The notes under the pieces are model-generated. The model saw nothing but the letters and a program-made list of their open reading frames with translations. It did no database searches and had not been told where the DNA came from. DNA of 64,000 bases from Epiperipatus broadwayi (lineage: Eukaryota > Animalia > Onychophora), in assembly GCA_028023455.1 (NCBI GenBank), contig JAQFVV010000001.1:23250001-23314000 (forward strand), read 5' to 3'. Positions within the stretch are counted from its first letter, which is position 1; every line of letters starts with the position of its first letter. A program made the position numbers and the translations under genes. Shown here in pieces: positions 1-12,208 of the stretch.

Positions 1-156
1 TTTGGACTTACAGATATCTAACCATATGATTTAAAAAATGAAGAAAGTATTCCTTTAGCGATTGGTTCAATAAATAGAATAGCTTGCTAGTTATATAAAA
101 TGATTAAATATTGTTTTCCATCGACGAAAAAAAAAGAAAAGAAAGAAGTATCTTAG

Positions 157-851
157 TGATATGTATGTGTATGCTTAAATGCACATACATATATAGATAT
201 AAACTTATAGAGAGAGAAAGTTATATTAAATAAATTAAAGAATTTTAAAAGTCTGATTCTTTTAAAATAGAAAATAAAAGATTTATAACTTGAAGATTAT
301 AAAAAGATTATTTTCTAAAATGATAATACTCTAATTAATGAGAGTAGAATGTGTTAATAAAATAAAACAATTAAAGGAATTCGAGTTAGATTTTCTTTAT
401 AAGATAAACAACAATCTATAAAAATAACTAATTAATTAAAGGCAAAAAGATAACACTTAAATTCTTGTATGGAGTATTAAAATGATGAATCACCTGAATG
501 GATGGACAGAGGACTAACCAATCAATTGCAGAGAGTTAAAACAATGAATGTCTCAGTACTAATCGGTCGAACAAGACTACATTTGATCCTTGGAGCTTTA
601 TCTGTGCACATGGACAAATATGTTGGAGCAGATCATCTCCCATGGCACGACCTCCAAACATGAGAACAGTCAGCTAGAACATTTAAAGATCGTATTGATC
701 TTAATTATTATTTGTGTATACCTTCGAACCTTATATAATGTAAATAATAAAATGCTATTAAGGATTGTAAGGAAAGAGTTATTTAAATATTAACCGTTAG
801 TATTAACTTGTACTCGTGGGAAGTACAATCTTAAATCAGCTAGACATAGCA
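157..851 (+). repeat. 5' LTR
   Basis: TG...CA termini; aligns by eye along its length with 2796-3504, with substitutions and several indels. Confidence 0.92.
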
Positions 852-853
852 AT

Positions 854-863
854 TGGCACAGTC
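854..863 (+). promoter_or_regulatory. Primer binding site, probably tRNA-Ser type
   Basis: TGGCACAGTC 2 nt after the 5' LTR; fits TGGCGCAGTC (complement of a tRNA-Ser 3' end, from recall) after CpG decay. Confidence 0.6.
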
Positions 864-888
864 TTAAATCAGACCATTAATTAAAACA

Positions 889-1710
889 ATGGTTAAATTT
901 AGGTAAAATACTAGACCAGTGAATTTGATGTCAGTGAGGCAAGTAGTTGACCCCTATACATTCAACATGTAGAAAAATACTTATTCGTAAATGAAGTTAA
1001 AGATGATAAGTATAAAATTGCTTCATTATTATACTTTGCTGGGAAATGAGTTATTGAGATAGCAACATGCTCACTGAATCTCTAACTTCTGAAGATTGTA
1101 CCTATAATCAGGTTAAAAAGTGTTTGTCAAACCATTTTAACTCTCAACCCTCAAGGCATGTCACTAGACTGCAATTCCAACCCAGGAATCAAGATTGGGA
1201 TGAAAGTATAAAAGATTATGATAGTACTCTATGTAATTTTACAAAGAATTGCATCTATGAAACTTTCCTAGATGAAGCCCTGCTGGAACAATTTCTTATG
1301 GGTATGTGCAAAGATAGTTTACACCAGCATTTATTGGCCAATAGGAATTTAAATTATATAGAGGCTATAACATAAGATAGCTTATGAATTCATGCTTGAA
1401 CAATCTCATAAATGCATAAAACAGCAAAAAATAATACATATATACATATTAGTACAACACTTGCTTAAGATTATATATAAGAAATGCAATAAATGTTCTT
1501 ATATGCAACTAATAGCAAATTGCAAACAGATTTTTGTAAAACCTTAAGCAAAGACTTGTCTAAGAATAATGAAAATAGTGCTAACAGTAAAAACCTGTTT
1601 ATATGTTTTTGCTGTTGGAAAAGGGGCCACAAAGCTAGCAATTGTTTTCATAAATGAGAATGCTGTAATAATTGTAAAAAAAGAGAGCACATGGGGAAAA
1701 TGTGCAAAAA
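889..1710 (+). pseudogene. Decayed gag with two CCHC zinc knuckles
   Basis: Gag-like ORF 1067-1375; CFCCWKRGHKASNC from 1604 and CNNCKKREHMGKMC both fit CX2CX4HX4C; stops and frameshifts present. Confidence 0.85.
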
Positions 1711-1819
1711 TGAGTTCAGTATAGATCGAAATGATACTAATGATAGTAATCATATAATAAAGGGTTAAGAAAAGCACTTGTCTAATATTAAAAAGATGCC
1801 AACAAAAAGAATGATAAAA

Positions 1820-2220
1820 TAATGATTAAAATCAAAATATGTGATCAGCCTATTGCCATGGAGGTTGACAGTGGCAGCAGAATATCATTGATATTAGTCC
1901 ACAATTGGTATACTGTTACTTCTAAGTGTAGAAAAAGACCCATTATTAAAAAAAACTGACCTAAAAGCATTGGATATGAACGGTAACACCATTAGAATAA
2001 AGGGCATAGTAGAAGCATCAATACATGTAAGTTAGGGCAAAATTAATGTACTACCACTATATATAGTATATGCCCCTATCAACCCCATGTTAGTACAAGA
2101 CCGGTTCAGTAAAACGGGAGTAAAAATAACAATCACCAAAAAAATTAATTGCCCCAAGAGGAAAAAACTTTCCAAGGGGGTTAAGATGAATTTGGGTAAA
2201 ATAGATATACTCAAAGAGCA
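1820..2220 (+). pseudogene. Decayed retroviral-type aspartic protease
   Basis: ICDQPIAMEVDSGSRISLI, catalytic DSG at 1867-1875. Confidence 0.85.
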
Positions 2221-2224
2221 AAAA

Positions 2225-2753
2225 CCTTTCTAGCAGCCACTAATCAACAAAAGAGGTCTGAGAAGATCCATGATGACAAGAAAAATAAATGAAGTACAAA
2301 GACATATTGAAGTCAAAAGTAAGAAATTGTAGCTCATTGGACAGCCGAAGACAATAGCTACCAATGGATTATAAAACAGATTAGTGAAGGCTGGCCAAAT
2401 CAATATCCAGTTTCCTTCACATAGAACTATGGAACATTCAGAAATAACTGTTGGCATGCAAAGGCTGCATTATGAAAGGTGATTGTATGCTGATTCCAGT
2501 CAAGAATAGGCAGCACATAGTAGAGTGGCTGCATACTAGTCAGCGAGACATCAGCAGAGCAAAAGCCCTAGTGCTTAGTCATGTCTGGTGGCCAGATATT
2601 AGAGTAGACCTGAAGAAAAATAAAAATAATTATTGCAATTTTCAAATAACTACATCTCCAGTGAATGCACCTAGTGAGTTGAAACATAATTCACAACAGC
2701 ATGGTAAAAGAAAGTTAAAAATATCCCGTTTTCTAATATCTCGTATTAATTAA
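2225..2753 (+). pseudogene. pol remnant: RNase H-integrase linker and integrase zinc-binding region; RT, RNase H and integrase core absent
   Basis: EGWP...KGCIMKGDCMLIPVKNRQHIVEWLHTSQRDISRAKALVLSHVWWPDI matches the Mag/K02A2.6 pattern LH.GH.GI..MK..AR..VWWP; no YxDD or DDE core seen between the LTRs. Confidence 0.82.
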
Positions 2754-2784
2754 GTTCATATATTAAAAACTGATCTCTGAACTT

Positions 2785-2795
2785 GGGAGAAGTAA
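2785..2795 (+). promoter_or_regulatory. Polypurine tract
   Basis: GGGAGAAGTAA immediately before the TG of the 3' LTR. Confidence 0.75.
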
Positions 2796-3504
2796 TGATA
2801 TGTATATGTATGCTTAAAAGCACACGCATATATATGTATAAACTTATAGCTAGGAAAAGTTAAATAAATTAAAAGAATTTTAAAAGACTGATTCTTTTAA
2901 AATAGTAAAAAAAAAAAGATTTATAACTTAAAGATTAGAAAAAGATTAATTTCTAAAATGATAATAGAATGTCGTTAATGAAATAAAGCAATTAAAGGAA
3001 TTCGAGTTAGATTTCCTTTATAAAATAAACAACAATTTATAAATATAACTGATTAATTAAAGGCAGAAAGATAACACTTAAATTCTTGTATGGAGCATTA
3101 AAATGAAGAATCACCTGAACACTAACCAATCAATTGCAGGGATTTAAAACAATGAATGCCTCAGTACTAATCGGACAAACAAGACTACACTTAATCCTTG
3201 GAGCTTCAGCTGTGCACACGGACATATATGTTGGAGCATATCGTCTCCCATGGCAGAGTGACTTCAAGTGTGGAGAGCTGACCTCCGAATGTGAGAACAG
3301 TCAGCTAGGACACTTAAAAGTCGTATTGATTTTAATTATTATTTGTGTATGCCTTTGGGCCTTATTATATTAATGATTATATATATATATATGTAAATAA
3401 TCAAATGTTATTAAGAATCATAAGGAAATAATTACTTAAATATTAACAGTTGGTATTGATTTGTACTCATGGGAAGTACACTCTTTAATCAGATAGACAT
3501 AGCA
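2796..3504 (+). repeat. 3' LTR
   Basis: Direct repeat of 157-851, followed by TSD CTTAG. Confidence 0.92.
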
Positions 3505-4761
3505 CTTAGTAATGTTTATGGTATTTTATCATAAGTATACACAAATTCATAATAAATAAATAAATAAATAATGATAGCAAACTATACAAATAATTTATTA
3601 ATAACTTACTAAAAACCCATACAGTAAAATAATTAAAACATTGCCTTACATGAGTTGGTGCAGTAGTAAATTGGCAGATTTTACAACTCAAGGATCATGA
3701 ATTGGATTCCACTTCTGGCACCAAACTTCTTATAAACTCCCAAACAATAAACCCAGTGAAATATTATTTTCTTTAATAAACTGATTAAACTCATATCTAA
3801 TCATCAAAAAAAACTAAATGATCAAAAAAATTATTAAAACAATTAAATAAGTTCTAAAATATTTTAAAACAGGGTTACTGTGTGTAGGTTGTGTAGGGCA
3901 CAAAGGTGCTTCATCAATGGTGGTACCAAATTGCAGCAATAATTAATAAAATTTATATGTAAATGAAAATGCTTAAATTTATGACTTTTATTGTTAGAAC
4001 ATGTTCTGATTTAAAATATTTTTTATTTAAATATAATATTACTTTTTTTACTTAAATGTTTAGAAATATATTAAACATATTGTCTACCATTGTGCTAAAC
4101 TAACAGATTTGCATCATTTCACTGTGGTAATTAATAAAATTTATATGTAAATGAAAATGTTTAGATTTTCGAATTACCTTTATTTAAACATTTTAATTTA
4201 TATAGAAAAAGACACATTACTATTAATAATTTATTTAAAAACAAACTTATTTAAAACATCTCATAGTAATTATGCATTATAAGTAATTTGGTTTATCAGG
4301 AATATTTTATAAACTTTTCTGTCATATGCTTAATGTGGGTGGAGGGTTATAGTATCAGAACTTGGAACATGGTTTTTAGGAGATCAATTTCTGTGCAGTC
4401 TTGTGATTTTTATAATACCAATATTATCTTTCTTTTTAATATTAATATTTTTTAAATACCTATATAATTTTTTTACACATTTTACTAATCTGCTTTTTAT
4501 TGCATTTTGATTGTCATGGAATTTGTTATTTAGCTAAAATTTGTAATTCAATCATAAAATTACCAAAATACAAGACAGACTAACTCTAAGAAAAAAAAAT
4601 TAATAAAAAAAACTATTTTTTAAAAGGATATTATTGGATGCATTTCATTAAAATGGTACTATCATTTAATGTGTATTTGTTGATTGTAACAACTATGAGG
4701 GGTTATTCAAAAGTAACAGGAATTTTATAATAAAAAAATTTATTTTATAAAGCGCAGACGG

Positions 4762-5236
4762 TATTGAAATTAAACTGAGAGACTGCAAACCTCTCAAGCG
4801 CTTATGACTATCAACAGCCAATCAGGTCGTAAACACTGAGACAGAGAATTTAACAAGAAAAGGATGGTTCCATCCACTTCTTTACTTATCTTTCTATATA
4901 TCCAAGCTAGTCCAAAATATTTAGATCTGAAAGCATGATCTAAGTACTTTAGACTGGTTTGTATATATAGAAAGACAAGTAAAAAAGAGGGTGGAACCAC
5001 CCTCCACCCTCTTTTTTACTTGTCTTTCTATATATCCAAGCCAGTCTAAAGTACTTAGATCATGCTTTCAGATCTAAGTATTTTAGACTGGCTTGGATAT
5101 ATAGAAAGATAAGTAAAGAAGAGGGTGGAACCACCCTTTTCTTGTTAAATTCTCTGTCTCAGTGTTTATGACCTGATTGGCTGTTGATAGTCATAAGTAC
5201 TTGAGAGGTTTGCAGTCTCTCAGTTTAATTTTAATA
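4762..5236. repeat. Long nested palindrome (233-bp arms, 9-nt spacer)
   Basis: 4762-4994 is the reverse complement of 5004-5236 with about a dozen mismatches; the inner ~130 bp of each arm is itself an imperfect palindrome. Confidence 0.95.
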
Positions 5237-5270
5237 AAAAATTGTTTATTTATTTTTACATGTTATAAAT

Positions 5271-5906
5271 TTAATCTCCTTCAAATTACTATCCATTTGT
5301 TGCAATACACTCGTCTAAATATGTTTTTTATTTTTCAAAATAGTTTGGAAATACTTGCACAGTGATGTCTTTGAACATCCAAGATATTTTTCACCACTTC
5401 TAAGTCTGCAAAAAAAAAAAACAGACATTTTTTTCATTCAAGAGATTAAAAAAATCACATAAAGTGAGATTGAATGAATATGGCTGATAGATAAAGTGGA
5501 TCATGTTAAATTTAATTAAAAAGTGTTTCATACTCAAGGCTTTGAGAAATGACTTTTTGTCAAGGTGAAGTTTGCACTCTTTTATTTGCCACAAAATGGG
5601 ACATTTAAGTTTTTCCACATCACATAAATGTTTCTGAACTTGCAGATAAAATGCCTGACCATTTCAAACTAAAACAGAAAAAAAATGTCATTTACATAAA
5701 AAAAAAAAACTGTTGTTTTGACTTTGAACTTCATTTGCCACATTTTTTAGAAATGTGGTGAATTTAATATTTCATTAAATCACTCATAAATTTGTGTTTT
5801 TATGAGATCATCTTGCTTGTAATCTGTTACAAACATTACAACTGCTTTTCTTGCAATTTTCTGTAAATGAAAACATAACTTCGCATTGTTCAAACTTTTC
5901 AGTCAT
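5271..5906 (-). pseudogene. Internally deleted mariner transposase
   Basis: N-terminal MTEKFEQ...KTQIYE* HTH remnant; LHLD...QPYSFNLTLCDFF (degenerate LHHDNA...HPPYSPDLAPCDF); C-terminal FEGD* ending at 5271. Confidence 0.85.
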
Positions 5907-8900
5907 TATAAAAATTGACAAATACATGAAACACATTTTACAAAAAAAAATGTGGTTCATGGCACCATCAATTCACATGGTGATGTCATTTGGCAGATCA
6001 TTGCAGAAGGGTTCCTGCAAGAAGTATGTAGCAGAAGCATATTTTTCAACAATAATGCAAACCAGAGAATGATTCCAGTTATTTTTGGATCCCCCTCTTA
6101 TACAATATCACTTGTAACTGGTCTATTGGGAAAGTGCTTACAAAAGTCTTTATCTATTCTAATGGAAGAAATCAACTGTTTTATTTTTTTAAAATTATTA
6201 TAATCCATCAGTTAAAAAGTAAGTGCAAGGTGTGGTATAATGGCTTTTAAAAATTTATCAGATAAATAATGTAAGTGTAAAAAATTCTTCCCTTATGTAA
6301 ACGTAATATAATTCCTTAAAATCTGTAAATTCCTGACTACATAGCATGATTAAGTTTTTATAATGAAATAACAAGCATGCAACAAATTAAATCATGAAAT
6401 AGTATAAGTATTCTATTATTGAACAAATATTTGGGAAGCTAACTTTGTTAATAGAAAACATAACAAATTATGCATGAGAGATTATGAATGAAACAAAGTA
6501 AAAAAATGAGTTTTTTTTAATTAATTAATATGCTGATTAGAGCTAACCTAGTTAAAGCTGATTGTTATTTATAATATTGCAGCTATCAAAGCCAGAAGAG
6601 TTATATGTAAATAAAAAGGTAACAATGTAAATAATTAAACATTTTTAATATTCAACTATCTTTTGTTAAATAAAATTACATAGAATTCATTTTGTTTTAA
6701 TTAACTAAATTTTATTTCATGGGCAGGGAAGGGGGTCTTTTTCACATAATAAAAAACATTTAGATATTTAAAAGAATAAATTATTCTACTTTCAAATATA
6801 AACATATTAAAATTGTCTAAATTGGTACTTATAAGATATAAATAATTACTTATTTATTATAAATATGATTTTAAATCAATATTTGAGAAATCAGAATAAA
6901 ATACTTATAAAGCAAAAAAAATATATTTTATTTTTTTTCATTCTTTATTACAAATCCATTAATAACATCATCCTAATTTAATTTAATTTTTTATTTGCAA
7001 ATTCTGATTCAGTATACAAAAAGGCTAAAGAAGAGCATCATTTTTTATCTATGCTGATTTTACATTCAGAACATTATGAACATTTAAGTATACAATGTAA
7101 CTGAAAAATCTGCATTACTGCATAATCAGTGCTTTTACAATTGTATTAATTTGCATATGACATTTATTGCAGGACCTACGAATTACAGAATTTTGGCAAA
7201 AAAAAAAAAGGAAATATAGTTTCATTTAGCATGCAATAAAGTATTTGATTTTTGCAAAAGACATAGATCATATGGGCCCTGGACCTTGGTAAATGTGAGA
7301 TCTTGTGCTGACGTACCACTCACAGGCTAGCTCTATTGATGGGTCTAGTAACACTGAAATTTAGCTTACACAAAGGCACTTTTTACCCATACAGGAGCTC
7401 TGTTTTAAAATATTATCACTTATAATAAAAACAGAAAAGGGAATGGATGATCAATCATTAGCAGATTGTTTTATATTATTGTAAAAATAAATTTTTGAGA
7501 ATATCATTAGAAAATCATTATTTAAATAAATTATTATAAACCATGTAATTAAATAAATAAACAAAATTATAAAGAATTTTTTCAAAACACTAATCTTAAT
7601 AATAAAAATATAGTTGAGCTCCATAAATATAATGTAATTGGTGATTTTTTCCATTTAAAAATACAATTTAATTTTTGTTTTTATAACTAGTTAATAACTA
7701 TTAAAGCTGGAGTATTTTATAAAATCATACTGTTTTTGTCTCATGAAGATGCACAACTAATAATTTGTTTTTTCTTTCAATTAATTAATGTTAAAATGGA
7801 GTAAATACATATTTTTTAACCAATGTTATAAAATAAAAATTATTATTGATTTGAAAGCTATTGTGAATAGAATATTGGATTATCAAGTAATCAATTACTT
7901 TTCTTTCCACCCCCCCCCCCTAAAAATCATTATAAATACACATTTAAATATCACTCTTTAAAAAACTAAAAAGAATAATATTGCTTTGAATGCAATAGTA
8001 GTCAATGTATTCACCTCCCATGGAAGAATTTTCATGAAAATATCTGACTCTTAACTACATCTGATATCCATTCAATTTGTCTGTAACTGGATATCAGTTA
8101 TTTTTAGTTGAGGGGTAAAGATTACATAATAATTTCCATTGGTTGAATTTTGAAACATTTGTTGTAAGTCATATACTATCCTAATATGAACCATTATTGA
8201 TATTTGTAAGAAAATTAGCATATTCTTATGAATGTTGGTTGTAAATCTTTATAATCTGAGATTATCATTATTTTATGAGAATCTATCAGTTGTAATTGTT
8301 GAATGTTTTAAATACAAATTCATTAATATTTTTATATTTTAATGATGACATCTGTTTAAAAAAATTGTCCATAAATCTTACTGTTTAATCAATGCAGTGA
8401 TTTGCAATACATTTTTTGTTTTATTTTATTTTTTAACATTTTCAACTGTCCTTGCAATTCTGGAAGAAACTATAAGTGGATTTAAAACTATTTAACAAGT
8501 GCTTATTTCTTTTTTATATAATCATTGTTCAGAACATTTAAATCTTAACTAGCAAGCAAATTACAATAGTTCTTGAAATCAACTGATTAGTTTATTTTAT
8601 TATCTTACTTTTTCTTCAGTTTTTTCAGAAAAAAATACAGAAATATTTAATTCTTCAGCCAGTTTTAGAATATTGAACAGAATCACTAACTATAAATATT
8701 TTATCTGGACCTATGTTAGATTAAAATGTCATCACTAATGTTTTTGAAATACTATGAATATGATGGACAATCTTCTATTGTCTAAACTGTGGTTGTAAAG
8801 TTCTTATATAACAGAATCATTTCTCAGTTTATTTCTAATCTTATTTGACTGATATATTAAAAATAACAGAAAAATATTTAGACCTTCTAATAATACAATA

Positions 8901-9160
8901 TTATTATAACTTATTAAGACGAATCTATCTTCATTTAAAAAAATACGCAATCCAGGGCCTTTGTGTAACCTTTTGATCTTTTTTCATTATGTATATTAAA
9001 AAATTATAACACTTAATTAACAAATGAATTTTTGTGTCTCCCCCCCCCCTTTTTTTTAAAAAATTGTTATCATTGTATGCTTTTATTTGCATTATTTTTT
9101 TAAAAAATTAATTAATTTTAAAGTGTAATTTATACATCATGCAAAGATAATTAGTTATTT

Positions 9161-10189
9161 TTATTTCCACTGAATACAATTTTTAATAGCACTTCTTATT
9201 TGTTTATTTGATAAGCTATATAAAATGGGATTTACCATAGAATTTGAGTATACTAACCAGTCAGAAATTTCCCAAAACTTTTTACTTATTAATTCAGGCT
9301 TCCAGGGAGACACAAGAAATAAGTAATAGTATGGTAACCATGAAATTAAATAAACTATAAGTATGTGCCCTAATAGGATTAAATTAGATTTTTCTTTCAA
9401 AAAAGCCGACTGTGATGATTTTACGATAGCTTTGGCGTCCTTTGAATTAGATTTATTTCGAATTTGTTCAATTGAAAAAGAATTTTCTTCGCAAACAGAA
9501 GAAATATTTTTTGAAGTTTCTTCAATTAGCAGTAAAGTAGGAGGGACAATTTTTTTACGTTTATGCAAAACTAAAAATACTTTAATATAGCCTAGAGTCA
9601 TAATTATTAGAGGTAAATAATAACCAAGTATCCCTAAGTGTATAGTATAATATTTATTTTTTTGTTTATTCCATGAACATTTTGGCTGCGGGTTCATGCT
9701 TATATTTCCTAATAATAAAGACGGTACCCATATTAACTGAACGTAGATCCAAGAAATTACGGAAATAGTAAGAGATAAATATTTAGATTTATGATTTCGA
9801 TAATGAACACTCCAAGTCACTGACCAAAGCCGATCTAAGCAAATTATACATAAAGCAATTGTAGATTGAAATGTAGTAGTCCAATCAACCCACAGAAAAA
9901 AATAACATAAATCTAAACTTAGTATCCAATAACCATAATACGTTTTAATGCATCTCAAAGGCAAGGCGAACAATCCAACACACAAATCGGCTAAAGCAAG
10001 ATTAGCAATAAAGATATTAAAATGAGTTTGAAGTTTTGAGTTTGTTCCGATGATTAGCAAGAAAATGCTATTTCCTAAAACAGTTATAATCGTAATACTC
10101 ACTTTTATCCATACTACTGAATGTTTAGTATCATTAGGAACAGTTAAATTAGATTCATTCTCATTTAACGTCTTTTCTGATGCGTTCAT
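9161..10189 (-). CDS. Class A (rhodopsin-like) aminergic-type GPCR, muscarinic/histamine-receptor-like, 342 aa, intronless CDS
   Basis: Seven hydrophobic segments; N-terminal N-glycosylation sequons; GN (TM1), LAxxD (TM2), Asp3.32 and DRL (TM3), W4.50, ECL2 Cys, YYLP (TM5), SWLPY (TM6), W7.40 and NPILY (TM7); in-frame TGA two codons upstream supports this ATG. Confidence 0.95.
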   Translation of the reverse strand: MNASEKTLNENESNLTVPNDTKHSVVWIKVSITIITVLGNSIFLLIIGTNSKLQTHFNIFIANLALADLCVGLFALPLRCIKTYYGYWILSLDLCYFFLWVDWTTTFQSTIALCIICLDRLWSVTWSVHYRNHKSKYLSLTISVISWIYVQLIWVPSLLLGNISMNPQPKCSWNKQKNKYYTIHLGILGYYLPLIIMTLGYIKVFLVLHKRKKIVPPTLLLIEETSKNISSVCEENSFSIEQIRNKSNSKDAKAIVKSSQSAFLKEKSNLILLGHILIVYLISWLPYYYLFLVSPWKPELISKKFWEISDWLVYSNSMVNPILYSLSNKQIRSAIKNCIQWK

Positions 10190-11059
10190 ATTTCAAAGTT
10201 CAGCTAGTATTATATGCTGTTGTAATTAAAATAATGCCTTAATTGACTACGTTACTTCTGTGAAAAAAATACTTTCCAATTTCATTATAAATCAAATTAT
10301 AATCTGCGTGTAGAACACGAATCGTCAATTAACTTGAGTAACGTATTCTGGAAAAAAGAGAGAGACTAATATTAAATTAGAAATAAGAGCAACAGATTGA
10401 TATACAGATAAATATTTTAAATGTTCGAGAATTTATATATTATGTGAAAAAAAAGAAGTAATATTCACAAAATTTTTAAAAATATGCACACATTATATAC
10501 ACGCGCGCATACATATGTATTCTCCAATATTGCAAATATTTATGCAATCTTTTTTTATTACATTCACATTTTACCAATAAAAAATTAAAACTACTTTCAA
10601 AACATATTGGAAATTACAAAAAAGTTTTAATAACAAAATAATAGCTACATAACGATTAACTGAGAAAAAAAGAAATTGCCAATGTGTGGGAATGCATAAA
10701 CGAATTAATATAAATGTCCACATTTGGATATATGTCCATTTTTAGCATATTAAGTATAAATATATGAATGTTTTTATATATACAACATATGCACAAATAC
10801 ATTTTTAATATTCAGAATAATTTATCCATATTTTGTATATATATATATGTTAAAACAATGTTTTTCAGATGGAAAGATGTAAACATAGTTTTCGGGGCAA
10901 TTTCACTTATAACGGTAAAATAACATATTTTAAAAGTTGGATTTAATCTGGCATTGTCTGACTAGTAAATAATATCGTGCAATAGTGCTGCTATAAATAG
11001 ACAGATTTATAAGGTTTAATTTATTAAAATCAATAAGACATCATATGACTACAGTTTAC

Positions 11060-11830
11060 ATAATGCAGTTCAGTAGCAAATTCTTTTATCCTCACCATGA
11101 TTATGCCACCTAGCATAAACTTTAGAAATCAGTATATGCCTTATGGTAGCACTTAAAAAAATTGTATATAATACTATCCTATCAGACTAATTTCTAGTTT
11201 TTGTCTTTCATCAAAGAGGAGCTTTGGATCTGGAAGCAGTGTACCTGGATCTTGTGGATCTTCCCTCTAGCAGCTATTTATTACTTCTTTGTTTTACTAC
11301 CAAGCTATCAGCCAAAATTGAAAAACATATTAATGTTTTCAATGTGAGACAACTTGCTTGTATGGTTATATAGATGTGTAACCAATTCAGCATTTATAAT
11401 ATGGGTTTTTAAATTTTTTAATAACTATTGATACCATTACTCTTTAATAATAATATATGAGTCCAGCTTACATACTGCTGTTTAGTAGCAAATTCTTTTT
11501 CTGTCATGCTGGAATCTATTAGTTTTATACAAATCCTGGCCAAAGAATAAAGACACCTATAGTTATTAAAAAGTTAAAGGACACCATAATATATAGATGC
11601 TGAATTGGTTTCAGATTTATATAGCTATGTAAGAAAATTGGCTTAGATTGAAAGCATTAATATGTTTTTCAACTTGGGCTGATAGCTTGATAATAAAACA
11701 CAGAAGTAAAAGATGGACTAGAAGAAAGGTGCATTGGATTTAAAAAATTTAGGTACACTATTCCCAGATATAAAACCAGTCTTGGATATTGGATAGGGTA
11801 ATACTGGATAAGGATTTAAGTGCTATTGCC
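11060..11830. repeat. Older, diverged copies of the ~430-bp unclassified repeat (minus copy, fragment, plus copy)
   Basis: cagactaatttctag...gaggagctttggatctgg...ccctctagcagc at about 11160-11275 aligns with the 24245-25000 copies; oppositely oriented copy at about 11560-11830. Confidence 0.6.
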
Positions 11831-12108
11831 TGTCATCTACTAATTTCTAAAGCTCAAACTGGGGGGGGGGGGGCATAACTATGTTGAGAGAAAAAGAATT
11901 TGACTTAATTTATTGATTATTTTATCCAATACAAAAATTGTAAACCTAATCAAAAGAATGAATGATGATAAATTTAAAACTTATTGAGCAGAAGCAAAAA
12001 TCACCAAATTAATTAAATATCAATATCTCCACTTTTACATTTTGAATTGGATGAAATAATAACTAAATGACCTGAGTGATAATCTATAATCTATTTTTTG
12101 TTACTTAC

Positions 12109-12208
12109 ATTTCATAGCAGTTACTGGCCGTTTGATACTGTCCAGATGATATCACATAAAATTTATTCGAAACAATCTGGCAGATAAGAGCCAACTGAAA
12201 CATCACAT
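12109..12208 (-). other. Candidate 5'UTR exon of the GPCR gene
   Basis: Minus-strand donor AAT|GTAAGT at 12108; acceptors ...TTATTATAG (12208) or TTTCAG (12194); retains CpGs; candidate downstream acceptors just before the CDS (about 10347 and 10257). Confidence 0.4.

Larger units (their letters stand above)
157..3504 (+). mobile_element. Internally deleted Ty3/Gypsy (Mag/K02A2.6-like) LTR retrotransposon
   Basis: Two ~700-bp direct repeats beginning TGATATG and ending CATAGCA; identical 5-bp TSD CTTAG at 152-156 and 3505-3509; PBS and PPT in canonical positions; decayed gag, protease and integrase-N remnants inside. Confidence 0.93.
4696..6098 (-). mobile_element. Tc1/mariner (mariner-type) DNA transposon, defective
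   Basis: Imperfect ~28-bp TIRs (TGAGGGGTTATTCAAAAGTAACAGGAAT vs reverse complement of ATTCCAGTTATTTTTGGATCCCCCTCT); TA dinucleotides at 4694-4695 and 6099-6100; transposase remnants inside. Confidence 0.85.

Noticed and set aside
3940-4159. 32-bp perfect direct repeat at 3940-3971 and 4128-4159
   Set aside because: Very AT-rich and only two copies; most likely a local duplication with no element structure.
9363-9590. Plus-strand ORF overlapping the GPCR
   Set aside because: Antisense shadow of the GPCR CDS; no recognisable motif.
11860-11873. Poly-G run (poly-C runs also near 7910 and 38990)
   Set aside because: Simple homopolymers with no supporting context.
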